Source: the human T2T-CHM13v2.0 reference genome, Homo sapiens
Reading direction: 5' to 3' (one strand)
DNA: 64,000 nucleotides
Assembly: GCF_009914755.1 (NCBI RefSeq)
Contig: NC_060926.1
The translations under genes were made by a program, and so were the position numbers. Below are positions 11,934 to 23,809 of this stretch, piece after piece. Each line of letters starts with the position of its first letter. Position 1 is the stretch's first letter. The notes under the pieces are model-generated. The model was not told the origin of the DNA. It saw only the letters and a list, made by a program, of their open reading frames with translations, and ran no database searches.

Positions 11934-13974
11934 CTGGCATATCTCAAAGATTTTTGCATTCAGTTCCAGATCACTGTAATAAGGGTAATGTCACAGAAAA
12001 GCAAGTTACACAGGTTTTTTTTTTTTTGCTTCCCTTTGCATATAAATGTTTTACTGTAGTCTATTATACGAGCAATAGCATTATATCTAAACAGAAATAT
12101 ACATACTTTAATGAAATAGTATTTTATTGCTAAAAAATGCTAACAATCATCAGCGTCTTCAGCAAGTAGTATTCTTTTGCTCGTGAATGGTATTGCCTCA
12201 ATGTTGATGGCTGCTGCCTGAGCAGGGCAGTAGTTGCTGAAGGTTAGGGTGGCTGTGGAAGTTTCTTAAAATAAGACTACAATGAAGTTGGCCACATTGA
12301 TTTGATTCTTCCTTTCATGAATGATTTCTTTATAGCATGTAGTATTGTTTGATAGCATTTTTCCCACAGTACAACTTCTTTTAAATTGGAGTCGGCCTCT
12401 CCAAACCCTGCTGCTTCTTTATCAACTAAGTTTATATGTTGTTCTAAACCCTATGTTGTCATTTTAACAATGTTCACAGCACCTTTGTCAAGAGTGGATT
12501 CCATTTCAGGAAACCACTTTCTCTGCTCATCCATAAGAAGCTGCTCCTTATCCTTTCAAGTTTTATCATAAGATTGCAGCGGTTCAGACACCTCTTCATG
12601 CTGCATTTCTAATTTTAGTTCTCTTGATATTTCCACTACATTCACAGTTACTTCCTTCATGGAAATCTTGATCCTTTCAAAGTTATCCATGAAGTTGGAA
12701 TCAGCGTCTTCCAATCTCCAGTGAATAATGATATATTGACCTCCTCCCTTAAATAAAAAATGTTCTTAATGGTATCTAGAATGGTGTATTCTTTCCAGAT
12801 GGTTTTCAATTTACTTTGCCCAGATCCTTCAGAGGAATCACTATGTATGGCAGCTATAGCTTTGTGACATGTATTTGTTAAATAATAAGAATTGAAAGGT
12901 GAAATTACTTTTTGATCCCTAGGCTGCAAAACAGATTTTGTATTAGAAGCAGGCATGAAAAAGTCCTAAATCTTCTTGCATATATCTGTGTTCCTAGGTG
13001 ACAAGGTGCATCATCAATGAGCAGTAATATTTTTGAAAAATCTTTTTTCTCATACATAGGTCTTAACAAGTAGGATTAAAATATTCAATAAACTATGCTA
13101 TAAACAGATGCTCTCATCCAGGCTTTAGTGTCGCCGCCTTTATTATCTTAGCTAGATCTTCTGGATAACTTGCTAAAGCTTCTCCATCAGCACTTGCTGC
13201 TTTACCTTGAACTTTTATGTTATGGAGACAGCTTCTTTCCTGAAACCTCATAAAGCAGCTTCTGCTAGCTTCAGACTTTTCTTAGGCAGTTTCCTCAACT
13301 CTCTCAGCCTTCACAGAATGTTGCTGACTTTCTCCAAGTCAGCAATAAGGACGTGCTTTTTAAATTATTTGTGTGTTCACTGGAGTAACACTTTTAACTT
13401 TCTTCAAGAACTTCTCCTTTTTATTCACGACTTGGCTGTTTGGGACAAGTGGCCTCATTTTTAGCCTATCTCAGTTTGGACATGCCTTCCTCACTAAGCT
13501 CAATCATTTCTAGCTCTTAATTTAACTCAAATGATGTGCAATTCTTCCGTTCACGCGAAGAATTAGAGGCCATGGGAAAGTTATTAATTGGCCTAATTTC
13601 AATATTATTGTGTTTCTGGGAATAGGGAGGCCAGAGAAAAGGGAGAGAGCTGGGGAAGTGACCAGTGAGTAGTCAGAACACACGCATTTATTGATTAAGT
13701 TTATAATTTTATATGTTTCATTGAAGCCAAGAATAATGATAATAGTAACATCAAAGATCACTGATCACAGATCACCACAACAGATATAATAATAATAGTA
13801 AAGTTTTAAATATTGCAAAATTACCAAAATATGACCCAAAGACTTGAAGTGAGTACATGATATTGGAAAACAGCACTGATAGACTTGTTCAATGTAGAGT
13901 TGTCACAAACCTTCCATTAAAACAAAAACCAAAAACGCAGTATCTATCAAGCACGATAAAATGACGTATACTTG
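11934..13974 (-). mobile_element. Tigger1 (TcMar) DNA transposon, internally deleted, degenerate transposase
   Basis: Degenerate TIRs CTGGCATATCTC ... GACGTATACTTG followed by TA; minus-strand transposase fragment KLKTIWKEYTILDTIKNI (12657-12956). Confidence 0.85.
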
Positions 13975-14399
13975 TATTCACATAAACCCAGTTCAAGTTA
14001 CAGAAGTGATTGTTAATGGTCTACAGATGGCTGAAGTATTTGATATTCATGAGAAATTTGTATAGTTACGGTATGAGGATGTCGCATCTTTGCTCCATAT
14101 GCAAATTGAAGCCACAACGGAAATGGGTAATTTAAGGAAAATTTTCAGATCTAGAGAGTGCTGAATGCATAGTGGAATAACCTAGAGACTTGGAATCCAG
14201 CAACAGTTGTTACATGGCTCTCCTTGAATACATAATAAATCAGTAAATAGTTAAAATATCCAGGCATACTTAGTTACCTCCTTGAAGATTATATCTCCAG
14301 ATCCAGTCAAATCCTGAAGTTCTGAGTCTAAGGAGTTTAACAGATTCATTTTGTGAAGACCCAATTCAGACCATAACACCATCCATATCAATAGTACTA

Positions 14400-15749
14400 T
14401 TACATGTGATTTGATGAAACAATCCAATTAAAAACACAGGTTGTTCGATTAAAACAACCACCACAATAACAAAATCAGGATCCAACTATGTGGTATCTAT
14501 AGGAGATCTGGCATAAATTTACAGAGTTACTAAATGTTTTCTTTCAAGTGTTTGATAGTTTTATCTCTTAAATATAAGTCTATATTTCATTTTGAATCAA
14601 TCTCTATATACAGTGTAAGAAATAGAACCAAATGCATTCCTTAGCATATAGCTATTTAGTTGCTCCAGCACCACTTGCTAAAGAGTATTCTTCCCTCTTG
14701 AATTTCCATGACACAGTTGGCAACAAACAACTAACTATAAGGCTAAAAGTTTATTTCTGACATCTGCATTCTATACCACTAACTCACGTTTGTCATTATG
14801 ACAATTCTACACAATCTTTATCACTTTAGCTTTGTAATAAGTTCTAAAAATCTGAAACTGTAACTGTAAGAACTGGTGTTCTTTACCAAAGTTGTTTTGT
14901 CTATTCTAGACCAATATTGTTTTGGCTGTTCTGAATTTCCATATGAATATTAGGATCAACTTGACAATTTCTGCAAGAGGCAGCTGGGACTTTCATGGGG
15001 ATTAAAACAAATCTGAAGGTCAATTTAGAGAGTACTTTCACCTTAATATTTAGTCCCTGATCCATGAACACAAACTCTCTTTTCACTTCGTTAGGTCTCT
15101 CTACTTTCATTTAACAATGTTTTGTAGTTTCTAGTGTACAAGATTTGCACTTCTTTTAAAAATTTTTCTTAAAATGTTATTTGTTTTGATATTATTGTAA
15201 TGAAAATGTTTTCTTGATATTATTTTAAATTGTTTATTCCTACCATATGGTTTTTCCTAGAGAATATATCTTGTGTGCTCGAGAAGGATGTGTGTTTTGC
15301 TGACATTAGGTGAAGCGTTCATTCTATATATGTTTGTATGGTTTAGTGAATTTAGAATATATTTAAAGTGTTCTACTTTCTTGTTGATCTTCTAAGTATT
15401 CTACCCATTAATAAAAGTGTGCATTGAAGACTCCAACTACAACTGTTCAATCACCTGTTTCTCCCTTCACTTCTCCCAGATTTTGCTTTATGCATTTTGG
15501 GACTCTGTTGTTATTTGCACAGGTATCTACAATTATTACACCTTTCTGAAAGACTAACCACTTTCTCATTATAAAACGCTCCTCCTTTCCTCTAGTAACA
15601 CTTTCTGCTTTAATGTCTAACATGTCCAGTAACATTTTTTGCTTTAGTGTCTAACATGCCTGTCGTTAGAACAGACACTTCAGTGTTCTTATGGTTGCTG
15701 TTTGTATGACATATCTTTTCCTGATTTTTTACTTTCAAACTACTGTATC
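14400..15749 (-). mobile_element. Old L1M ORF2 fragments, interrupted by the ERVL and resuming at ~23082-23210
   Basis: Degenerate ORF2 peptides (KWLVFQKGVIIVDTCANNNRVPKCIKQNL; SKLTFRFVLIPMKVP). Confidence 0.7.
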
Positions 15750-18700
15750 TGTTTCATGAAAGGGCCATATATGTGAAGCAACTGGCAAATGAAGGAGGAG
15801 ATGAGAAGAGAAAGAACAAGGCAAACAAATCCAGTTTGTCTGTAAGGGGTGATTTATTAGAGAACTTACAGACAGAAGTGTGGTCTTGGTGGCAGCAAGA
15901 CAGGCAGATCTCTGAACCATAACTTCCCAGGCCCAGTGCTTATACACCATAGGGAAAGGGGGTGCATGCTTTGTAGGGACAATTAAAGGCAGCCTTCCAG
16001 AACAAGGAAAAATGCTCTATGTGTCATAATTTGTAATTTGTATGATAATATTAAGGTTGCTTTGCTCTAAAGGAAAGATGTAGAGTGAGTGCATATTCTT
16101 GCACCAAAGACAGTAAATAAGCCAGGCATGGTGGCTCACACCTGTAACCCCAGCTTTTTGGGAGGCCAAGGGAAATGGATTGCTTTAGACAGGAATTTGA
16201 GACCAGCCTGGGCAATATGGTGAAACCCTGTCGCTACTAAAAATACAAAAATTAGCCGGATGTGGTGACATGAGGTGCGCCTGTCATCCCAGCTACTGAG
16301 GAGGCTGAGGCAGGGAGATCACTGGAACCCAGGGGGACAGAAGCTGCAGTGAGCTGTGATCATGCCACTGCACTCCAGCCTGAGTGACAGGAGCAAGACC
16401 CTGTCTCAAAAAAAGAAAAAAAAGGAAAGACAGTAAATAAAGAAAGAATCAGGAGGTATTCCTGGGACTGGGGTTAAGCAGAAGTCAATATAGCAGATTA
16501 GCTTCCAAGATGGAGTCACTTTTGTCTCCATACTCCACAGCTCTAATCAGGTTCTTATAATCTCACACACCCACTTGTTCCACAATGGTCCCTGAGCTGG
16601 GGATAGGGTAGGGTGGGGGGCACTGCAGTCATTTTGATGGTGTGGGTAACACGTTACATCAATTTGTTTTCACATGTAAGCAGAGGCTACAGCAGTAATA
16701 TGAACAACAGGTGATGATACCTATGCTACGTATAAGAAACAGAATTAATAATGCCTTTTGCCACCATGTTCTCCAGGAGCCAAAAAAAAAAAAGAGGAGA
16801 GCCTTTGGGAGAAAGGGTAGAGTCAGAAAGAAAAGGCAGTTATTTGTTCATGCGTGTCCTGTAGTACTGAAGTTATATTGCTGGAATTATTAAGAATTTT
16901 ATTATTATATTAATAATGTTAAATATTAATATAATAGTAAATAATAATATAATAATAATATTAAATTATTAAGAATATGTACACAGCATTCAGCCTTCAT
17001 AATGGCACAAGTCCCCCCTTGTGCACCATTAAGACATCTATTGCTGAAAAAACAGATTAACATGCCTTCCGTTTTATACTGCAAGGTAGAGGAAACATTC
17101 CTCAGTCAGACATTTCATAAAACATTTAGGTAAAGGAGACACAACTACTTTACATAAAGCCTGTTTATATATTTTAACTTTCATAATCCTATTAACCTTT
17201 ATATTTTTATATTCTAGGATCCAGGAACTTCTTTTCTCCATCCCCAGACCATTTTACTTTTTTTCTGTGGAAAAGCATTTGGGTTCAGAGACTTAGGCTC
17301 TTTAATGCCGGGGGGCTAGGAGGGGCTCCTTTTGGTCCACTCAACCTTCAATCGTGTTGTATGAAGACCTTTGTTTTAATCCTACTAATTTCCATTTTAT
17401 TCTTTCCATTTTTTAATAATCATCTAAAGATTTTCACCCTGCTGCCTGAGTCCCATGTCTCTCCCGTTTCTTTTTCCTCTCAGTTTCATCACTATCAATG
17501 TTTTCTTCATTCACCTTGTTTCTTAATATTTGTTTAAAAATGTCTACCTTTCTGAGATGGGTCCATCCACTCTCCCTCCTGCCTTCCCCCATTCTCTTGT
17601 TTATAAACTTAGTGTTTTTATTAACATCTGTGAGACCCATGAAAGGAAGCTCAGACAGCAAATTTGATACGGCTTCTTGAACTGATATTTAACTCTGCAG
17701 GAGTAAAGTCACATGAGGTTCCCATGTGGAAGGGGTCACCTTAACCACAGCATTTACTCTGACCTAAGTAATGGCCATACTCAGTGGCGAATATCCCTGT
17801 CATCATAAAGCCAGGCCTATGCGGCTTTCATAGAAAACATATCAACTGCTTTTTCTAAAGTGCTTTACTTGGCATTTACAGGGAGAGCTGGACTGCTCCT
17901 TTCCTCAGGATAAACAGATCTCACAACGGCTTTCATCCAACCCACCGGGCTGGCGGTTCCCTCAGGATTTACCTCATGTGTGTCTGGATCATTTATACCC
18001 ATTTGCAATTGTTCAATAGTGAGTTGTGGGTCCTGCATTAACCCAAACATGCTGTTTCACTCTGCAGCATTTGAAACCAAAGATACTGCTCCTAAATTAA
18101 TTACTCTCAGAAACCATTTATTTAAGTTTTCTCAAAAAGCTAATGATGCTGATCTGCAACAGGAAAAAATTCTTTCACACTATATCCTCTTGTTCCAATA
18201 GTTACTGGTTGTTCCTTCTCTCATATTGACTATCTTTTTGGTAACCACTGGTCTGAGGTACTTTCTTTTGTCCTGGAATAATCTTCCCTTTTGTGGGTAG
18301 CTTTGAGGTTAGTGGCATGACCTCAGACAGGCCCACATCAAAACTTGCTCCAGCCTTAAGTTCCAACCCAGCACTCTCTTTTACTTTCATTTTAACTATT
18401 ATATATTACAATAACCAAGGGATTGAATATTTTACTTTTTGCTTATTAGTTTTCATTTTCTAATGCATCCAGTGAATCAACTCCCTGGAAATGCAAGGTA
18501 TTAGAATGTGAGAGTGCTTGCTGTTGTGCCTTCAAAATGCCATTTTCCATTTCAATCAACCCTGCTACTTGGGGATTATATGGCATGTGAAATCTCCAGT
18601 CTATATCTTTTTCATGTGCCCCATCTTGGACATCATATCCAGTAAAACGCATGTCTCCATTGTTATCAATGCATGGAGTGTATCCATACATGTCAGTGAA

Positions 18701-21700
18701 TTTTTCCAAGCCCTTAATGATGGTTGTTTGGTTTGCCATTTTTCTAGGGAAGGCTGCAACAATCTCTTGGCAGTATGTACACACACGTTAGTGCATGCTT
18801 TTGTTCCAGGATGCCTGACAGGGGTCTGATGTAGTCTATCTGCCAGGTTCTTACAAGAGCAGCTGTCCTATGTGTGTATGTGTATATATTCACCTTGTTT
18901 CTGTCCAGGTGTTTGCGGGACATGGCAGGGGCAGTTCATTACTGTCACCACTAAATCTGCATAGTAGAGGGGCAATCTTGTTCCCTTTGCTATTTGTCAG
19001 CACACTCCTGCAATGTGATGCCCACTGTGTTTATGGACCAATCAGCTAGTTCGGGTAATTGCAAGGGAGCTGGTGTTCTAATTTTTGCTAGAGTATCAGC
19101 TTCCATGTTTCCAGGAGGTGAATCTGACTGTTGTTGAAACATGATACACAGTTAAGCTTGCAGTGAGTTCTTGCAGCCTTTCCCAAACGTCTTTCCACAT
19201 AGCAGCTCCCCAGAAGACTTTCAAAGCACGTGTCAGTCATCTTGGGCCCTTTGGGCAAGCCAATTGTAAGACCTTTAAATACTGCCCAATTATATGTACA
19301 GAGAACTATAGGCAGTGGCTCATGGGTACAAACCAACCATGCACCTCAGAGTTCTTCCCACTGCTTTGCTACATTCCTATCTCAAACCAGATAGTATCTG
19401 TCCGTGGTTGTACAGCTACTGCCATCCATATACAAGGGTTAGCTCTTGTCAATTGGAGCACCACACATTTTCAGGAATGGGGGCTGTGCCTTTGTGCACT
19501 ATTGGAGGCATCTCCTGTGGAGGCTCCTCAATAAGGGCAGCACTGGTCCCATCGATAGCACTGGCCCCATATATAGCACTGGCTCTAAGATAGCATGCAG
19601 TTCATTCCCAAGGGACTCACGGAGAAGGCACTATGTTGTTGCAGGGATACATTCCACTTTTGTAAAGTGGAGGCTTAGAGAATAGCTGATACAGGCCTGG
19701 GACACAACTCTTCTACCCAACTGATCCCCTCAGGCCTTATGTTCGCATTCAAAGACATTGGCACCCTGGGAAGAGATGACCTAAGGCTTGTGCCTGAGCC
19801 ACTAATATTTTAGCCTTCTCAAATGCGTCTTCTTGTTCTTTATCCCAGCAACAACTAGATCCCTTCTTCACTAGTCAGTATAGAGCATGAAAACGTTGCG
19901 CTAAAAGTGTAATGAAAGCCTGCCAATATTCCAAAAGACCTAGGGAACTTTGCAACTGTTTAAATGCTTTAGGCATGGCAAACTGTATTTTATGAATGAT
20001 TGTCCCTGGGATAAGGCATGTCTTACCCAACCAAGTGCCCCTAGGAACTGCTCAGCCAATCGTGGTCCTTGTATCATTTGTGAATTGATGGCCCATCCTC
20101 TGGATTGGAGAAGAGTGCACAATGCATGGAGGTGCTGCTGTAGCAATAGCGAGTCTTCAGAAGTTGGCATAATATCATTGTTATAATGAAACTGTTTAAC
20201 AGCAGGTGGCAGTGAACACAAAGTTAAATCTCTAGCAATCACTCCATGACAAATAGTGGGGCCGTGGAAAAAACTCTGGGGCAACACTTGGAATGTCCAT
20301 TGTTTGCTGTTCCAAGTAAAGGCAAATTGGTTCCCTGAGTCAGGGTGCAAAGCGCTATTTTGGTATTATTTGCTCTATCACTTAGATTATGTTAGGTATA
20401 GTGATGTGTATCTCTAGAACCATCTTATTTAGTTCCTGGTAGTCTACTCTCACGTTCCAGGTGCCATCAGGTTTTCTTACTGGCCGTACAGGACTCTAGA
20501 AAGGACTGTGGAATGGCCATATAACATTAACTTTGGCCAGCTCCTGCATGGTGCCTGTCATTTCTTTTATCTCACAAGAAAGATGGTATTGTTTCACATT
20601 AATAAACACAGTGGAGGAGGAAGGTGTACCCCTTCCCATTTTGCTTCCCCTCTTAAAATAGCTTTTACCACCCAAACTCATGGGCTAAGTCCCTCACAGA
20701 CATTTGTAAAGTGCATTCTAAATGGACATCCTTACGGAAGATGTTTTATGGAATAAATGAGATACAAACATATAATAAGTGGGGGTACTCTGTCCAATAC
20801 AAATGAGGAAAGGAGTTTGTTTCACTCAAATTGTTCGCTCCCCTTAACCATCCACAGCTGCTCACTTACCAGGATGTCTCTTTGGGTTTCCATGAATTAT
20901 GGTGCATTTTTCACCTATGTCTACTAAGGCTAAGCCTTTCTGCTTGTTTTTTGGACTTCAATAGATTGTGAGATCCACATGGGGCCTGTTTGCCCCCTGT
21001 TGCTGGCAGGAGGAGGCAACAGTCTCTAGGCTGGGGAGGAGTTGCCCCTGGAATGCAGAGATTGGGGTTCTTTTATGTGAAGTTTCCTCGTCTACTCTCT
21101 ATTATGGTGGGGCACTAGGAAGTAGTCTAACATGTTGATCAGGTGCCAGGTTTTTCCAAAGGCCCACTAATACGGCATTGTGTTTCTGATCTATTTTTTG
21201 TCTTCTCCAGCTGAGATCAGATCATACCATATCTGCTTCCTGGTAATCCTAACTAGGCCATTCATTCCTCCCTTTTTTAGTCTGGCAGACTTGGCTTCTT
21301 CTTCTCCACCCCCTCCCCCACCTTTTTTTTTTTTTTTTTTTTAGCAAACAGACAGACCTTATCTCTTTCCTTTTCATTTTTTCCAAGATTAGCTACAGCT
21401 TCCTCATGTAATATATATCTTGTCCCAGAAGAGGGCTTAAGAGGCATAGGAAAGAACCATAGCAATTCCAGGGGTGGTGGGGACGGGGCAGCTTGCAACA
21501 ACTTATTATTATTATATATATATATATATTTTTGCCTATGGTAAACACGGCCTTATTTGGTCCTGCAAATTGCTGGGCATAGATGGCCTGAGCATGACCA
21601 ACTCCTTTAAATTGGTCCTTGTTTCCTCCAGAGTTCACCTTACCAGAGTTTGACCCGGAAAGTCCCCTTCATTTGGCCAAGCCTCTGTCACAGCCAGGAT

Positions 21701-23076
21701 AATCTGGTCTATAAGACTGTGCTTGCTCTCAGCAGTTCCAGCACTATGCAATGCTGTCTCAAAGCAGATTGGGTGGTTACAGTACTCATTGTATCAGCTT
21801 CACTTTCTGCTAAGGAAATGCCATTCACGCTAGGTTTTCTTCGCTGCATCATCCATGTGGCTCAGCTTTCTATTGGCTGCTCTTTGAAAGTTTTTGCTAT
21901 GTTCAATAATTCTGCCAAGGTGTAATTTTGGACATTGAAGTTTTCCTGAAAAGGTTGTCCATTACCAGCTGGCTGCAGGCGTTGGGCTTTTGTTTTCCAT
22001 TGCATGAGAGGTCTTGCTCTCAAAAGGGAAGGATAATTATCCTCCTCCTCCTGAGGTATGTCTTCATCTCACTCACTATTTGGTTCCTAAGGACAACAAG
22101 TCTTAGCGTTCCAGTCCAATTTAGGAAGAACAGCTTGCACTTTTGGCCAACACAGCTCTCTCCCATCTAACCATATAAAGCAGCAGGCTAGGGGTTCCAG
22201 GTGAGTATCCTGAGTTTTGAGCTTATCTGCCAGACTAGATGCAAACATGGACGTGGAGGTCCACATATCCTTTTCTAATGGTAATTCTTCCTCTAGTCTT
22301 AGTACCTTCATCTTAGCTGCTAACTACACTTCTGTGGCCATTCCCACAATCCGTAACAGTGGCCAACCCTCTGTCTCAGCCACCTGGTGAACTTCCTTAC
22401 CCCAGTGAGCTGTAAGATGTTCTACTAACAAGCATTCTAGACCCTCCAGCATTTTCAGGGCATCTCTGTACTCACATGATGGTCCACAGGCATCTAGCAA
22501 GTAGCCAACACCACCCCACATAGATGAGGGGAGCCTGCCAGGATTTCCTCCACGTATGTTTCCTGCCTTTTGCCCAAACTTTGGTTCCTGGACCCCTATT
22601 GACTGACTCCCCAGTTGTTTCATAAATGACCATATATGCAAAGCAACCACCAAACACGAAAGGAGCCAAGAAACTAAAGACTGAGGCAGAAGAGTCCAGT
22701 TTGTCAGTAAAGGGTGATTTGCTGGGGAACATACAGACAGAAGTGTGGTCTTGGCGGCCACCGACAGGGAGATCTCCACACTGTTACTCCCTGGCCCCAG
22801 GGCTTATGTACCGCAGGGAAAGAGTGCACGTGCTCTATACAGACAATTAGAGGCAACCCTTCCAAACAGACAAGAATGCTATGTTCACTATAGCCTATCA
22901 TTTGTGCAAAGACCTCAAGATTGTTTTTTTCTAAAGGCAAGATTTCTAGTAAGTATATGTTCTTACCCTAAGGACAGTAAATAATGTAGGAATCAGGAAG
23001 CATTCCCACGACTGGGGCTAATCAAAAGTCAACATGGCAGATTAGCACCCAAGATGGAGTCACTTTCATCTCCACA
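15750..23076 (-). mobile_element. ERVL-class provirus (LTR47/ERVL47-like, tentative) with degenerate gag-pro-pol and env remnant
   Basis: Paired LTRs 22616-23076 and 15750-16532; 5-bp TSD GTATC/GTGTC; RT QFAFTW...VLPQ...HYNNDI (19940-20350); integrase FHMPYNPQVAGLIE (18446-18784); protease LVDIG ~20925; gag NYTLAELLNIAK ~21900. Confidence 0.88.
16121..16425 (+). mobile_element. AluJ inserted in the 3' LTR of the ERVL
   Basis: 15-bp perfect TSD AAAGACAGTAAATAA at 16106-16120 and 16426-16440; absent from the 5' LTR. Confidence 0.92.
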
Positions 23077-23213
23077 GTGTCTGTGAATCTAAGTCAATTT
23101 ATTCATAGCTCATAAATAGATTTTGTTGTTGTTTTAATTCAGACTAACAATATGTGCCTTTTGATTGCATTGTTTTATTAAATCCCAGGTAATAGTATTA
23201 TTGATGCTGTTGG

Positions 23214-23310
23214 TGTTATGGGCTGAATGGTGTTCCCACAAAATTAATTCATTAAAGTCCTAACATCAGTACTTCAGAATTTGACTGTATATGAAGATAG
23301 GATTATTAAA
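23214..23310 (+). mobile_element. MLT1 LTR 5' fragment
   Basis: TGTTATGGGCTGAATGGTGTTCCCACAAAATT start motif. Confidence 0.6.
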
Positions 23311-23809
23311 TAACTATGCCTGAGTATTTTATTAATCTAATTTATTATTCATTTAGCCGTTCATTCCAGGAGTGCCATTTAACCAACATTGCTGGCCACC
23401 AAGCCTCTAGTCATTCCAACACCAATGCATTCAACACTGTAGACCTGACAATTCTCAAATTATCACTTCAGTCATAGCTTCAACTTGTATAACAAAGCAC
23501 AGATGTGCCTTCCTCAGGTCACAGGTATGTGAACCTCTTTAGAGTACCAAACACTCCAGTCACTTGTAAATCAACAGTAATAATTTCTCTGACACTGGGT
23601 CCATGGAAATATGTGGGTGGTGAGTGAAATCCTTATCTTCTTAACATTGTCATAAGCAAGGCCACCATATGTTCATAAACCCTTGAGTCCAACATGCATG
23701 ATATGTGGACAAAGTTTTTAAAAGTGAATGGGCCGAAGCAACTTCTAGAGTGCTACAATCACTGCCATCCCAACTACCCAGGCATTAGGTGGGGAAATAG
23801 CAGACACAG

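Noticed and set aside
12657-12956. Tigger1 transposase as a domesticated gene
   Set aside because: Short degenerate fragment in an internally deleted copy.
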